DNA from: Patescibacteria group bacterium UBA1370
GTDB taxonomy: Bacteria > Patescibacteriota > Microgenomatia > UBA1400 > PJMF01
Direction of reading: 5' to 3'
Assembly: GCA_002306315.1 (NCBI GenBank)
Contig: DBRK01000006.1
Span: 1 to 51,801 of the forward strand
Length of the DNA stretch: 51,801 nt
Shown here: in pieces, positions 27,805-38,226 of the stretch
How positions within the stretch are numbered: position 1 is the first letter of the stretch
Layout: every line of letters starts with the position of its first letter
The notes under the pieces: generated by a model
Told to the model about the DNA's origin: nothing
The model's database searches: none
What the model saw: only the letters and a program-made list of their open reading frames with translations
Made by a program: the position numbers and the translations under genes

Positions 27805-29283
27805 CTACATTTCCTCAACTGTGTCTTCCACAGTATAGGCAACTAGGACATCTCCTTTCTGGAAATCCAGTTTTTTGTTGCGGAAAGTCAAGCCGCCTTC
27901 ATTCTTGGCCTTGATCGAATCAGTCTCCTGCTTGCCATGCATCATAGTCTTGATTACCGGGTTGGCAACGATTTCATCACCACGCTTGAGATGGAGCTTG
28001 TCGCTTTTGCTGATCTCACCTGTTTTAACCCGGATACCGGCAATCCGCTCGCCCCGCATCTCGAATATCTCGAGAATTTCAGCCTCACCAGTGACGACTT
28101 CGTCAATGGTTGGCTCCAGGAGTTTGAGCATGCGTTTTTGCAAATCTTCAATCAATTTATAAATAATGTCGTATTTTTTGATTCTGACACCGCGCTCTTT
28201 GGCCAAGCGTTTGATGCGGCCGGGAACTTTAACCTGAAAAGCAATTAGCAATGCCCCGGCAGATTCAGCTAGTTCCAGATCGCGCTCAGTTACTTCGCCG
28301 ACACCGGAAGCCAGGAGTTCGGTGCTTTCGTCATCGAGATTTTGCAGGATAGCTTCCAAGGTGCCCTCTACATCAGCCTTGATAATCAGATTGAGCTTGG
28401 GTTTGCCCTCTTCTTCTATCAGTTGGTTAAAGTTGAGATCTGCCCAGGGGTTTGTCTCTTCCTGAGTTTCCTCGGCAACTTCCAGTTCTGGATAATCGGC
28501 ATTCCGATCATGCACCAGCGAGCCTACTGAAGGTACTTTTTCAAAACTGACAATTTCTGCGGGAAAACCAGGTTTAACTTCCTCAAGCTGGTTGCCTTGC
28601 TCGTCAGTGAGCAGCCTGACTCTGCCCGGCACACCTCCGGCTTCAATGTCCATGCGTGGCTTTAAAGTGCCGTTTTTGACAATTACTGTAGCCACCGAGC
28701 CGCGGTCGGCTGTTTTGGATGACTCGATCACCACGGCTTCAACCGGAGCCTCCGGGTCGGCTTTGAGCTCAAGCAATTCGGCAATAACAACCAGAGTTTC
28801 CAGCAGTTTATCAACATTTTGGCCTTTTACCGCAGAAATTTCGATAGCATCAATGTCACCGCCGTAGTCAGTGACGATAACCTCGTGTTCGGCCAGGCCT
28901 GATTTTGCCAGGTTTGGATCCACATCTGGCAGATCAATTTTGTTAATGGCTACCACATAAGGGACGCCGCTGTTTTTGATGTGACGGATAGATTCGACAG
29001 TCTGAGGCTTGACGCCGTCGTTGGCTGCCACCACTAAGACAATCAAGTCAGTGACCTGGGCGCCGCGCTCGCGCATCTTGTTGAAAGCAGCGTGGCCGGG
29101 AGTGTCGATAAAAGTCAATGGCTTTCCTTGGAAATCGATGCTGTAAGCGCCGATGTGTTGAGTTATACCGCCCGCCTCAGCAGCTGCCACCTTGGACTTG
29201 CGGATGTAATCCAAAAGCGTAGTCTTGCCATGATCTACATGGCCCATGATGGTGATTACTGGTGGTCTCGGTTCTAAAGCCAT
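27805..29283 (-). CDS. infB: Translation initiation factor IF-2 (short form)
   Basis: [39 protein letters not shown]; no N-terminal domain. Confidence 0.96.
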   Translation of the reverse strand: MALEPRPPVITIMGHVDHGKTTLLDYIRKSKVAAAEAGGITQHIGAYSIDFQGKPLTFIDTPGHAAFNKMRERGAQVTDLIVLVVAANDGVKPQTVESIRHIKNSGVPYVVAINKIDLPDVDPNLAKSGLAEHEVIVTDYGGDIDAIEISAVKGQNVDKLLETLVVIAELLELKADPEAPVEAVVIESSKTADRGSVATVIVKNGTLKPRMDIEAGGVPGRVRLLTDEQGNQLEEVKPGFPAEIVSFEKVPSVGSLVHDRNADYPELEVAEETQEETNPWADLNFNQLIEEEGKPKLNLIIKADVEGTLEAILQNLDDESTELLASGVGEVTERDLELAESAGALLIAFQVKVPGRIKRLAKERGVRIKKYDIIYKLIEDLQKRMLKLLEPTIDEVVTGEAEILEIFEMRGERIAGIRVKTGEISKSDKLHLKRGDEIVANPVIKTMMHGKQETDSIKAKNEGGLTFRNKKLDFQKGDVLVAYTVEDTVEEM

Positions 29284-29346
29284 CTGTATTTCCTTTTCTT
29301 TCTGGATTAAAACAATTCTTGTCCGACATATCCGGCGCGACTAAAA

Positions 29347-30630
29347 TTATTTGGAGCTACCGTTCATGTCGACTTCTTCGCCCTGCTGTTCGCGCTGAGC
29401 CATCTCTTCATTAAAGACAGCCACCTTGGCGCCGAGCAATTCTTTTTGGGCATCGCTAATTTCTTCAGCCTCGCGCCACTTCTGTTCGAAACGCGCCAGG
29501 TCAGACAAGGTTGTCAGTTTGTACTCGACCAAAAAGTCGCGGGTTTCTTCTTCCAGACCCTCGAAAGTATCAATTTCGTATTCTTCCTCACCTGTGGCCT
29601 CAGATTCAATCTGGCCAGCGGCTGATTTGATAGTAATCTTGTAACCGGTCAATTTGGCTGCCAGGCGAACATTCTGGCCTCCCCGGCCGATTGCCAAAGA
29701 CAGTTGGTCATCAGGTACAATCACCGTGGCAACTTGCTCCTTCTGGTCAATCTTGATTGCCAACCCCTCAGCCGGCGCCAAAGCACCCTGCATTAACAAC
29801 ATCGGGTTGTCGGACCAGGGGATAATGTCAAGTTTCTCGTTGTTCAGCTCGCGGATAACTTCCTGAACCCGGACACCCCGCTGGCCGACACATGAGCCGA
29901 CGGGATCCACGCCTTCTTGGGTGGAGCGGACGGCCATTTTGGTGCGGACACCAGCCTCGCGGGCAATGGCCACGATTTCCACTGCGCCCGATGCCAATTC
30001 TGGAACTTCGCGTTCAAAAAGTTTAGCCACCAGGTCTTTATCCGAGCGGGAAACTATGATCTGCTTGCCGCGATGGGTTTCGCGGATTTCCTTGATCAAA
30101 ACCGTAATTCGGCTGTTTACCCGGTAAAACTCGCCGCGCATTTGTTCCTCAGGCGGCATCAAGCCCTGGCCTCGGCCAATGTCCAGGATGACACTCCGGC
30201 CTTGCATCCGCAATATCTGAGCGGTGACAATCTCACCAATGCGCTGTTCGTAATCGGCGATAACCTGATCTTTTTCTGACTCGCGGATTTTTTGCAGAAT
30301 CACCTGTTTTGCGGTCTGAGCAGCAATCCGGCCAAATCCAGCTGGAGTGACGTCGACTGCCTTGCTCTCATCCCAGGCTAGAATTTCTTCTGTCTCTTCA
30401 TCGCGCTCAGTCACCGGAGCACGGAAAATCCGCGATTCACCATTGGATTTATCGAGTTCCACAAAATAATAGCTTTCGTTGTCAAGTTCGCCCATTTGTT
30501 TGCGAAACGCCGAAACCAACGCCTGTTTAATGGCATTATAGATTGATTCTTCGCTGATTTTGCGCTCGGCGGCTATCTGAGAGATAGCAGCGGCAAACTC
30601 AGTTCTGACGATGTTGCTTTTCGTTTGCAT
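29347..30630 (-). CDS. nusA: Transcription factor NusA
   Basis: FGRIAAQTAKQVI.Q, S1 and KH domains (DPVGSCVG.RG, SLAIGRGGQNVRLA). Confidence 0.96.
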   Translation of the reverse strand: MQTKSNIVRTEFAAAISQIAAERKISEESIYNAIKQALVSAFRKQMGELDNESYYFVELDKSNGESRIFRAPVTERDEETEEILAWDESKAVDVTPAGFGRIAAQTAKQVILQKIRESEKDQVIADYEQRIGEIVTAQILRMQGRSVILDIGRGQGLMPPEEQMRGEFYRVNSRITVLIKEIRETHRGKQIIVSRSDKDLVAKLFEREVPELASGAVEIVAIAREAGVRTKMAVRSTQEGVDPVGSCVGQRGVRVQEVIRELNNEKLDIIPWSDNPMLLMQGALAPAEGLAIKIDQKEQVATVIVPDDQLSLAIGRGGQNVRLAAKLTGYKITIKSAAGQIESEATGEEEYEIDTFEGLEEETRDFLVEYKLTTLSDLARFEQKWREAEEISDAQKELLGAKVAVFNEEMAQREQQGEEVDMNGSSK

Positions 30631-30677
30631 AGCACCTTTTGTCTTAGTTTTATTAGGTTTCTTTTTTGGTTTTGATT

Positions 30678-30703
30678 AAAAAAGGACTCGAATTCCGAGC
30701 CCT
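30678..30703 (-). terminator. Intrinsic terminator inside the nusA leader (attenuator)
   Basis: AGGGCTCG-GAATT-CGAGTCCT-TTTTT between the promoter and the nusA ATG. Confidence 0.72.
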
Positions 30704-30721
30704 CCATCACCAAACAAGAGT

Positions 30722-30750
30722 ATTGTACTGCAAAATCTTGACAGACGCAA
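30722..30750 (-). promoter_or_regulatory. Sigma70-type promoter of nusA-infB
   Basis: TTGCGT-17 nt-TACAAT. Confidence 0.65.
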
Positions 30751-30755
30751 GGAAA

Positions 30756-31613
30756 CTAAAGCTCCACCGCCTGCAGCCGTTCCACAGCCAGCCGCTGTTC
30801 CCGCGTCAGTTTTTCCGGCACCTCAACTATCAAGCGCACATATAAATCGCCCTTGCCGCCGCCGCGTACATGCGGCACACCCTCACCCCGGAGCCGTACC
30901 AAAGTATGCGTCTGCGTCCCCGGCCTGATTTTTAGCTTTAGCTCGGCATCGACAGTTTCCACCTCTGCTGTGCCACCAAGAACCGCCAATGAGAAAGGAA
31001 TTTTCTTGTCTACGTATAAATCATAGCCATCGCGCCGGAACCGTTCATGCGGCCGGACATTGATGGTCACATCAAAGTCATCAAAACGAATGCGGGTGCC
31101 GTCGCTGGCACCGGCGGGAATTTTAATCTTGTGTTTCTTGCCGTTGACCTCGATTTCCTTGCTGGCGCCTTTGATAGCCTCCAAGAAATCAATACTTACC
31201 GAATATCGAGGACGCGACCTGGCTCGGGCAAAGCCGCCACCGAAAAATGACTCAAAAATATCAAAGGGATCACCAAAATCAATATCTTCAAAAGGTATGC
31301 CGCCGGTGCTGGTTGTATATGTCCAGGTAAACGGACCCGCCTGTGAGCCACGGAAAGGTCCGCCTCCCATACCACTGGCCGGATCAAAGGCAGCATGGCC
31401 AAACTGGTCATACATCTGCCGCTTTTTGTTGTCAGACAACACCTGGTAAGCTTCGTTGATTTCCTTAAACTTTTCCTCGGCCTCTCTTTTGTTGTCGGGA
31501 TTTTTGTCCGGATGCCACTTAAGAGCCTGCTTGCGGTAAGCCGACTTAATTTCCTTGTCGGAGGCTGTCTTGGAGATGCCAAGAATATCGTAGTAATCGC
31601 GTTTAGTCGCCAT
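30756..31613 (-). CDS. dnaJ: DnaJ (class B/CbpA-like, no zinc finger)
   Basis: J-domain with HPD, G/F region and C-terminal domain; no CxxCxGxG repeats. Confidence 0.9.
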   Translation of the reverse strand: MATKRDYYDILGISKTASDKEIKSAYRKQALKWHPDKNPDNKREAEEKFKEINEAYQVLSDNKKRQMYDQFGHAAFDPASGMGGGPFRGSQAGPFTWTYTTSTGGIPFEDIDFGDPFDIFESFFGGGFARARSRPRYSVSIDFLEAIKGASKEIEVNGKKHKIKIPAGASDGTRIRFDDFDVTINVRPHERFRRDGYDLYVDKKIPFSLAVLGGTAEVETVDAELKLKIRPGTQTHTLVRLRGEGVPHVRGGGKGDLYVRLIVEVPEKLTREQRLAVERLQAVEL

Positions 31614-31697
31614 AGCTAGTAATTGTAGCAGGTTAAAGCCGCAACTTGCTCATACTGGAGTTTAGGGAAAATCCACTGACTGCAGCCAAAAACAAGC

Positions 31698-33656
31698 TTA
31701 CTCGTTGATGACTTCACCTTCCTCGACCTCACCATTAGGTTTCTTGCCGTTGGCTGGGCCATTGGCTTTGGAGTTACCTTCGGCGGTGGCTCCTTCATTT
31801 GTCTCGGAAGCCTGGGTGTCAGCCCCTCCTGCCTTCTGGACTTCCTCAGTCATCTTCTGGGCGATTTCGAAGGTCTCGTTGACAGCATTGTCCAGCGACT
31901 CGGCAGTAGCCGATTCCTGGTCAGCCAGCTCTTTAAGCTTGTCAATGCTTTCCTGAAGCTGCTTCTTGGTGTCCTCGCTGACTTTTTCACCATATTCGCC
32001 TAGCTGTTTCTCCAGTTCAAAAGCCACACTATTGGCTTTGTTGCGGGCTTCAACAAGCTCTTTCTTGCGCTTGTCTTCCTCAGCGTGCAGCTCGGCGTCC
32101 TTCTTCATTTGCTCCACTTCCTCTTCAGAGAGGTTGGTGGAATTCTGGATGGTAATTTTCTGTTCCTTGCCGGTGGTTTTGTCCTTGGCAGTGACATGGA
32201 GAATGCCGTTGGAATCGATGTCAAAAGTGACCTCAATCTGAGGCATGCCGCGGCGGGCTGGAGGGATGCCATCGAGAATGAAGCGGCCTAGCGATTTGTT
32301 GTCGGCGGCCATCTCCCGCTCACCCTGCAGAACATTGATTTCTACTTGAGTCTGGTTGTCGGCTGCGGTAGAAAAGATCTGGGAAGCACTAGTAGGAATG
32401 GTGGTATTGCGCTCAATAAGCGGTGTCCGCACTCCACCCAGGGTTTCAATACCCAAAGTCAGCGGTGTCACATCCAGCAAAACAATGTCGGACACATCCC
32501 CGCCGATGACTCCAGCCTGGACAGCGGCGCCAATAGCCACGACTTCGTCCGGATTGACGCCCTTGTGCGGCTCTTTGCCGAAGAACTTCTCAACCCGTTC
32601 CTGGACTTTGGGTGTCCGGGTCATACCACCGACCAAGACTACATCATCGATCTCCTTAGCGGTGATGCCGGCATCTTTGAGAGCTTTTTCAACCGGACCA
32701 AACGAACCCTCGATCAGGTCATCAACCAGCTCTTCGTACTTGGCACGGCTCAAGGTCATGGTCAAGTGCAGCGGCTGGCCTTCATCACCCTGAGTGATAA
32801 AAGGCTGATTGATTTCTGTCTGCTGAGTGCTGGAAAGCTCAATCTTGGCTTTCTCGGCTGCATCCTTAATCCGCTGCAGAGCCTGGGGATCTTTGGTTAA
32901 GTCTTTGCTGGTTTCTTTCTTAAATTCCTCAACTATCCAATCAATGATCCGGGCATCAAAGTCATCGCCGCCCAGGAATGTGTTGCCGTTAGTGGACTTG
33001 ACCTCAAAAACTCCGTCGCCGATTTCCAAAATAGAAATATCAAAAGTACCGCCACCGAGGTCATACACGGCGATAGTTTTGTTCTCGGCTTTGTTGAGGC
33101 CGTAGGCCAGCGCAGCCGCCGTCGGCTCGTTGACAATGCGCTCCACAACAAGGCCTGCAATCTCGCCGGCTTGTTTGGTGGCTTGGCGTTGCGAATCATC
33201 AAAGTAGGCTGGAACAGTAATCACCGCCCGCTTGACTTCCTGACCCAGGTAGCTTTCGGCGTCTGCTTTGGCTTTGGCCAGGATTTTGGCAGAGATTTCC
33301 TGCGGTGTGAAAGTTTTACCGTCGATTTTAATTACCGCCATGCCATCTTTGCCCTCGGCGGTTTCATAGGCTACGTGCTTCAGGGCTTCTTGAACTTGTT
33401 TGTTCTTGAATTTACCGCCCATAAATCGCTTGACTGAGTTGACGGTCTTCTGGGGATTCAGCACCATCTGACGTTTTGCCGTATCACCCACCAGCACTTC
33501 ATCACCTTTGAAGGCTACCACAGAAGGAAAGGTGTTCCTGCCCTCAGAAGTAGGAATTACCTTGGGCTGACCGCCTTCCATGACTGCCACCGCGCTGTTG
33601 GTGGTGCCTAGGTCGATACCGATAATCCTGCCGTTTGTTGATTTTGTGTCTGTCAT
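31698..33656 (-). CDS. dnaK: Chaperone DnaK
   Basis: [32 protein letters not shown]. Confidence 0.98.
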   Translation of the reverse strand: MTDTKSTNGRIIGIDLGTTNSAVAVMEGGQPKVIPTSEGRNTFPSVVAFKGDEVLVGDTAKRQMVLNPQKTVNSVKRFMGGKFKNKQVQEALKHVAYETAEGKDGMAVIKIDGKTFTPQEISAKILAKAKADAESYLGQEVKRAVITVPAYFDDSQRQATKQAGEIAGLVVERIVNEPTAAALAYGLNKAENKTIAVYDLGGGTFDISILEIGDGVFEVKSTNGNTFLGGDDFDARIIDWIVEEFKKETSKDLTKDPQALQRIKDAAEKAKIELSSTQQTEINQPFITQGDEGQPLHLTMTLSRAKYEELVDDLIEGSFGPVEKALKDAGITAKEIDDVVLVGGMTRTPKVQERVEKFFGKEPHKGVNPDEVVAIGAAVQAGVIGGDVSDIVLLDVTPLTLGIETLGGVRTPLIERNTTIPTSASQIFSTAADNQTQVEINVLQGEREMAADNKSLGRFILDGIPPARRGMPQIEVTFDIDSNGILHVTAKDKTTGKEQKITIQNSTNLSEEEVEQMKKDAELHAEEDKRKKELVEARNKANSVAFELEKQLGEYGEKVSEDTKKQLQESIDKLKELADQESATAESLDNAVNETFEIAQKMTEEVQKAGGADTQASETNEGATAEGNSKANGPANGKKPNGEVEEGEVINE

Positions 33657-33730
33657 CTTTCCTTTCAGTTGATTTGCTAGCTGTTTTTCTTAATTAAATT
33701 ATGTAAATTCCGGTTTGATAAAAGGTTATT

Positions 33731-33757
33731 TTAGCAAACAATGCAGTAGACTGCTAC
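33731..33757. promoter_or_regulatory. CIRCE-like HrcA operator upstream of dnaK
   Basis: TTAGCAAAC-N9-GACTGCTAC. Confidence 0.72.
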
Positions 33758-33782
33758 TATATTTATAGTCCGAGGTATGAGC

Positions 33783-34649
33783 CTATTTTTCACCAAGCAC
33801 CACCTTGGCATGGCGGATGACTTTGCCATTTAGGGCGTAGCCGCGCGTTACTACCCGGATCACCTTATCGCCTTTGCCTTCTTTCTCGACTGCTTCCATA
33901 GTTTCGACATCAAATGTTTTCCCTATGACGGGAATTTCCTGCAAGCCATGGCCCTCCAAAACCCTGGCAAATTCCTCCGCTACCATTTTCACTCCTTGGT
34001 CGTCGATTTTCTCAGCTGCCAAAGCCAGATGGTCCAGGGGTTGCAGCAAGTCCTCGATTAGATCCCGGGATGCAAACTTGGCAAACTCGGCTTTTTCTTC
34101 CTGGCTGCGCCGGACTAGGTTTTGGTAGTCAGCCAAAGCCCGCTGGTATTTTTCTCTGATATCCTGAGCAGCATTAGCAGCTGCCCGGCGGTCCATAAAC
34201 TCCAATAGATGGCGCCGCATTTCTGCTTCGGTCAGTTTCTCCAGAGCCTCCTCTGCCTCCAGCCACTGAAATTCCGAGTGCTCAGTAGACAGCTGCACCT
34301 CCAGAGAATTCGCCCGAACCCAATAGGTGACACCGATAACCTCATTGTCGGGATCCGGTGTATGGCCTCGGTAGAAATGCCAGGTAACCAAAGGTTCCAC
34401 CAGCTCCACCTCCAGGCCGGTTTCTTCACGGATCTCCCGCCTCAACCCTGTTTCCAGGTCTTCACCTTGGTCAATGCGGCCGTAGCCCAACTCCCAAATA
34501 CCGGGATTGAAATCTACCTGATCCCTTTTTATCAGCAATATCTTGCCAGAACCGGAGTGTTCGATTACCGCCCCGGCAGCCACCATAAAGTGGCCGGCAC
34601 GGCTATTGCTTTCCGGGACAGTATTGTCTGGTTTAACTGCAGATTTCAT
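33783..34649 (-). CDS. grpE: NUDIX hydrolase-GrpE fusion protein
   Basis: N-terminal GRIDQGEDLETGLRREIREETGL; C-terminal RALADYQNLVRR..LLQPLDHL..GY.LNGKVIRHAKV; lies between hrcA and dnaK. Confidence 0.9.
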   Translation of the reverse strand: MKSAVKPDNTVPESNSRAGHFMVAAGAVIEHSGSGKILLIKRDQVDFNPGIWELGYGRIDQGEDLETGLRREIREETGLEVELVEPLVTWHFYRGHTPDPDNEVIGVTYWVRANSLEVQLSTEHSEFQWLEAEEALEKLTEAEMRRHLLEFMDRRAAANAAQDIREKYQRALADYQNLVRRSQEEKAEFAKFASRDLIEDLLQPLDHLALAAEKIDDQGVKMVAEEFARVLEGHGLQEIPVIGKTFDVETMEAVEKEGKGDKVIRVVTRGYALNGKVIRHAKVVLGEK

Positions 34650-34664
34650 AGCATGCGTTGAAAA

Positions 34665-35387
34665 CTACTCAACAATATCCTGAATCAGCCCGCGAACATA
34701 CTTCATCATTGGGATGACATAGGAATAGTTGAAACGGCTGGAACCAAGCACACCCAGATGACAAGGTTGACCATGGATATCCATAGTCATATGAATGACT
34801 CCCACCGGCTCGAGGTTTTTGTTGCCTAACTCCGGACCATAAACGACTTGAATTGGGTTTTCACTGGCGGCGTAATTGAAAATCTCCTCAAGCAAGGCGG
34901 CTTCTTCAACCAGTTGCAGCACATGCCGCATAACTTTGATGTCATAAAACTCCGGCATCGACAGCAAATTGGCATAGCCAGAGTGATAAAGATGATCCTC
35001 ATCCAACATCGCCACTGCCAACGCCTGGGTGCGTTCTGCCAGAACTCGGGTAATTTGGCTAAGGAGAATATTCATTTCGTTGCGGTTTCTCCAAATTTTT
35101 TCTTTGGTGGAAACCTCATCAGCCACGGTCAATTCTTTCTCCTTCATCAATTCATTGACATAAAGCTTCATGGCCATGGGCGTGGGAATCCGGCCGGCGC
35201 TGCTGTGAGTTTTCTTGAGGTAGCCTTGTTTGGAAAGGTAAACCATCTCGTTGCGGATGGTGGCGGGTGAAACACCGATGTTGAATTTTTTGTCGATAGT
35301 ATCGGAGCCGACTGGCTCGGCAGTCTCGATGAACTCTTCGATAATTGCCCTGAGGATTTGGACTTGGCGTGCGGTCAGATCAATCAT
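34665..35387 (-). CDS. hrcA: Heat-inducible transcription repressor HrcA (short form)
   Basis: LT.RQ..IL.AIIEEFIETAEPVGS, VSPATIRNEM, HSSAGRIPT; start placed at MIDLT. Confidence 0.93.
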   Translation of the reverse strand: MIDLTARQVQILRAIIEEFIETAEPVGSDTIDKKFNIGVSPATIRNEMVYLSKQGYLKKTHSSAGRIPTPMAMKLYVNELMKEKELTVADEVSTKEKIWRNRNEMNILLSQITRVLAERTQALAVAMLDEDHLYHSGYANLLSMPEFYDIKVMRHVLQLVEEAALLEEIFNYAASENPIQVVYGPELGNKNLEPVGVIHMTMDIHGQPCHLGVLGSSRFNYSYVIPMMKYVRGLIQDIVE

Positions 35388-35392
35388 AACTA

Positions 35393-35427
35393 TTAGCAAT
35401 GATAGCTGTTGTTTGCTAGTATGTCAA
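35393..35427 (-). promoter_or_regulatory. hrcA promoter with overlapping CIRCE-like operator
   Basis: TTGACA(35427-35422)-17-TATCAT(35404-35399); operator CTAGCAAAC-N9-CATTGCTAA at 35393-35419. Confidence 0.75.
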
Positions 35428-35443
35428 ATAATTACTACCTTGT

Positions 35444-36073
35444 TTATCGTGGTAAATCCAAAGAATAATTCTCTGTCATTACTCCGTCAAAATCACCATC
35501 AAAAACAAATTCTGCAGAAATAATTGAATCATTTTCAGTTAAGGTAAAGTGACCATCTCTCTCGCCTGCAAGGACAAATTGAGGCAATGGCAGCAACTTA
35601 GTAATACTCTGTTCATCCAAATCAACTAACCAGACTCCACCATATTGGCGGTATGAGTTTCTTATCTTTTCCAAATTTTGCAAACATAGTTCGTCAATGG
35701 GGGGATCTTGGCAGCCGGTATCGCGGTTAGCTAAGTCGAAAATCAGATACCTGTCATCTAGAAGCAGTCTCTGATATCCACCAATCACTCCTCCAACATA
35801 GTCGGGGAACTGATGCTCAAATACCACTTTCCCATTTTTCTCAATTGTTAACAATGTATCTTCTGTTTCGATTCGGTATTCATAGAGATATGGAGTAGGA
35901 GTTTCCAGCGGTTCCAAAACAGGTGATTGACCGGTAGTGATGATTTTTTCTTTTCCGACTTTTATTTGCTCGCCAAAATTACTAGACCGAGAAATAAAGA
36001 TGTAAGACAACTGACGAATACCAAGAATCGTTGCCAAAATTAGGAAAGAGACAATGATTACTTTTTTTCTCAT
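35444..36073 (-). CDS. Membrane-anchored extracellular hypothetical protein
   Basis: N-terminal TM helix and one Cys pair; overlaps the glycosyltransferase stop. Confidence 0.65.
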   Translation of the reverse strand: MRKKVIIVSFLILATILGIRQLSYIFISRSSNFGEQIKVGKEKIITTGQSPVLEPLETPTPYLYEYRIETEDTLLTIEKNGKVVFEHQFPDYVGGVIGGYQRLLLDDRYLIFDLANRDTGCQDPPIDELCLQNLEKIRNSYRQYGGVWLVDLDEQSITKLLPLPQFVLAGERDGHFTLTENDSIISAEFVFDGDFDGVMTENYSLDLPR

Positions 36074-37164
36074 ATATTCCCGTATTTTTTAATAAATTCC
36101 TTTATCTTTATCTGGAACTCTTCTTTGCTGAACTTCCGGGCATGTTGGTGGATTGCCTGCCGGTCAAACTTGGAATTCTGGAATTTTTCTATTGCCTGAA
36201 CCAGAGAATCGACTGTAAACTCGTCAAAAAAGACTCCGGTTTTGCCTTCCTGTATGCTTTCAAGCGGACCGCCGGAGCGGTGGGCAATCACCGGCACCCC
36301 ATAACCCATGGCCTCCACCGGCACCATACCGAAATCTTCATCTTCTGCCGGGAATATCAGAGCCTTGGCATCCTTGTATAGATCGCGAAGCTGACTGTCC
36401 GGCACCTCGCCAAGCAGTTCCACCGTCGGACCGGCTAGGCTCCGGAGATAATCCAAGCCGCAGCCGGTGCCGGCTACCTTAAGAGATAGTCCCAGGAGAG
36501 TACAGGCTTGGATGGCCAGGTCAACATGCTTGCTTTTGGCTATTCGGCCGACATAGAGATAGTAGTTCTTCTCTGTCTCCTTCGGGAGCTGATCAGGAAC
36601 ATCAACCGGCGGATAAATTACCTCGGCATCACGCCGATAAAATTTCTTAATCCGGGCGCGAGTAGTCTGAGAATTGGCAATAAAATAATCAACTTCCTGG
36701 GTAACCCGAACATCCACTACCCGCAAATAGTGATTGATCAAGGTTCCTCCCAGGCGGATAAGCGGATTTTTCTGCCAGTCGGTCATCGTGGTGTAACCAT
36801 AAAGCGAGCGGGGAGGCGTGTGGCAGTAGCAGATATGAACTCCGTTAGGCACCCTAACTGCCTTAGAAAAATAGGCATTGTTGGAAGAAATAACCAGGTC
36901 GTAGCCGGACAAATCAAAGCTGCGGAAGTATTGGGGAGCAAACAGGCGCAGCGGGGAAAAAAGTTTTCTATAAAAAGGTATCTTGGTCAACCAACTTTGG
37001 TGAATTTCCCAGCTATGGAATTTACCCGCTTGAATACCTAGGGCTTTTTCATCCTTGAAAGCTACATAGACTGGTGCGTCAGGAAAAATTTCGTGCAAGG
37101 CCTCCACCACCCGCTCGGCGCCACCATAGTCGCGTAAGTAATCATGCACCAGAGCAATTTTCAT
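36070..37164 (-). CDS. Glycosyltransferase family 4
   Basis: GGAERVV, YCHTPPR, EDFGMVPVEAM. Confidence 0.92.
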   Translation of the reverse strand: MKIALVHDYLRDYGGAERVVEALHEIFPDAPVYVAFKDEKALGIQAGKFHSWEIHQSWLTKIPFYRKLFSPLRLFAPQYFRSFDLSGYDLVISSNNAYFSKAVRVPNGVHICYCHTPPRSLYGYTTMTDWQKNPLIRLGGTLINHYLRVVDVRVTQEVDYFIANSQTTRARIKKFYRRDAEVIYPPVDVPDQLPKETEKNYYLYVGRIAKSKHVDLAIQACTLLGLSLKVAGTGCGLDYLRSLAGPTVELLGEVPDSQLRDLYKDAKALIFPAEDEDFGMVPVEAMGYGVPVIAHRSGGPLESIQEGKTGVFFDEFTVDSLVQAIEKFQNSKFDRQAIHQHARKFSKEEFQIKIKEFIKKYGNI

Positions 37165-37184
37165 AGCAGCCTTGACTAGAATGA

Positions 37185-38207
37185 CTAAAACAGTGCGTCC
37201 TGAACCCCTTGCTCGAACCTATCTTGGGGCAGCAGGCTGATTAGGGAGTTGAAATCGTGGGCTTTAAAAAGCTCAACTACCTTGGTCTTATCATAATCAG
37301 TCACCGAACAACGCTCAAGCTCAAAGTCTACCGGCACATCATTGTCTATTTTCGCCAGTTGGCGGCTGAGATAAGCCAGCTCTTTGCCGGACTGAAGTTT
37401 CTCCAAGAGCGCGCCCTTGAGAATATCCGGCCGGCCATCTGCTTCCACCGCTTCATAAAGTTTGTCCAAATTTTCAAATTCTTGAATCAGCTTGACCGCT
37501 GTTTTGCTGCCCACACCCTTTACTCCGGGAATGTTATCGGAACTGTCGCCCATCAGGGCTTTGAGGTCAACAATCTGATCCGGACGGACTCCCATCTTCT
37601 CTTCAACAGTCTGAATATCATATTCGATATCCCGGCTAAAACGGCCGCGGCCGGGGATAAAAACGTGCGTGTCTTGGTCAACCAATTGCAATAAATCTTT
37701 GTCTCCAGTAACAATAGTTGTCAGCAACTCGCCGCTATCGGTGGGATTGCACTCTGCTGACAAACGAGCGGCAACGGTGCCAATCAGGTCATCAGCCTCA
37801 TAGCCGGCTTCTTCAAATTGCGGAATACTCAAGGCTTTGACAATATCCTTGATGACCCCAACCTGTGGCTGTAGGTCATCGGGCATCGCCGGACGGTTGG
37901 CTTTGTATGCCTCGAAAGCCTCGGCACGCTTAGTGGGGGCTTTATGGTCAAAAGCTACCGCGATATAGCGTGGTTCAAATTGGGAAATTGCCGCCAACAA
38001 AATCCGGCTGAAACCATAGACGGCATTGACCAACATTCCCTCTGGATTAGTTAGGGGTGGAAATGCGTGATAAGCCCTGTAGATGACCGCATGGCCATCG
38101 ACCAGCACAAACCGACCTCTATCAGCTAGGCCTTCGTATCGATCTAGGAGTGCTTCTGGGTTTTTGGATGGTTTTTTCGGATCGCCGGCAGCACTTTTTT
38201 TAGCCAT
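37185..38207 (-). CDS. Standalone 5'-3' exonuclease (Pol I N-terminal/flap endonuclease domain)
   Basis: LVDGHAVIYRAYHA, YKANR, GYEADD, TGDKDLLQL, GDSSDNIPGVKGVG.KTA; start placed at MAKKS, after the ftsH stop. Confidence 0.9.
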   Translation of the reverse strand: MAKKSAAGDPKKPSKNPEALLDRYEGLADRGRFVLVDGHAVIYRAYHAFPPLTNPEGMLVNAVYGFSRILLAAISQFEPRYIAVAFDHKAPTKRAEAFEAYKANRPAMPDDLQPQVGVIKDIVKALSIPQFEEAGYEADDLIGTVAARLSAECNPTDSGELLTTIVTGDKDLLQLVDQDTHVFIPGRGRFSRDIEYDIQTVEEKMGVRPDQIVDLKALMGDSSDNIPGVKGVGSKTAVKLIQEFENLDKLYEAVEADGRPDILKGALLEKLQSGKELAYLSRQLAKIDNDVPVDFELERCSVTDYDKTKVVELFKAHDFNSLISLLPQDRFEQGVQDALF

Positions 38208-38226
38208 AACTAAGTCCGGAAAAGCG

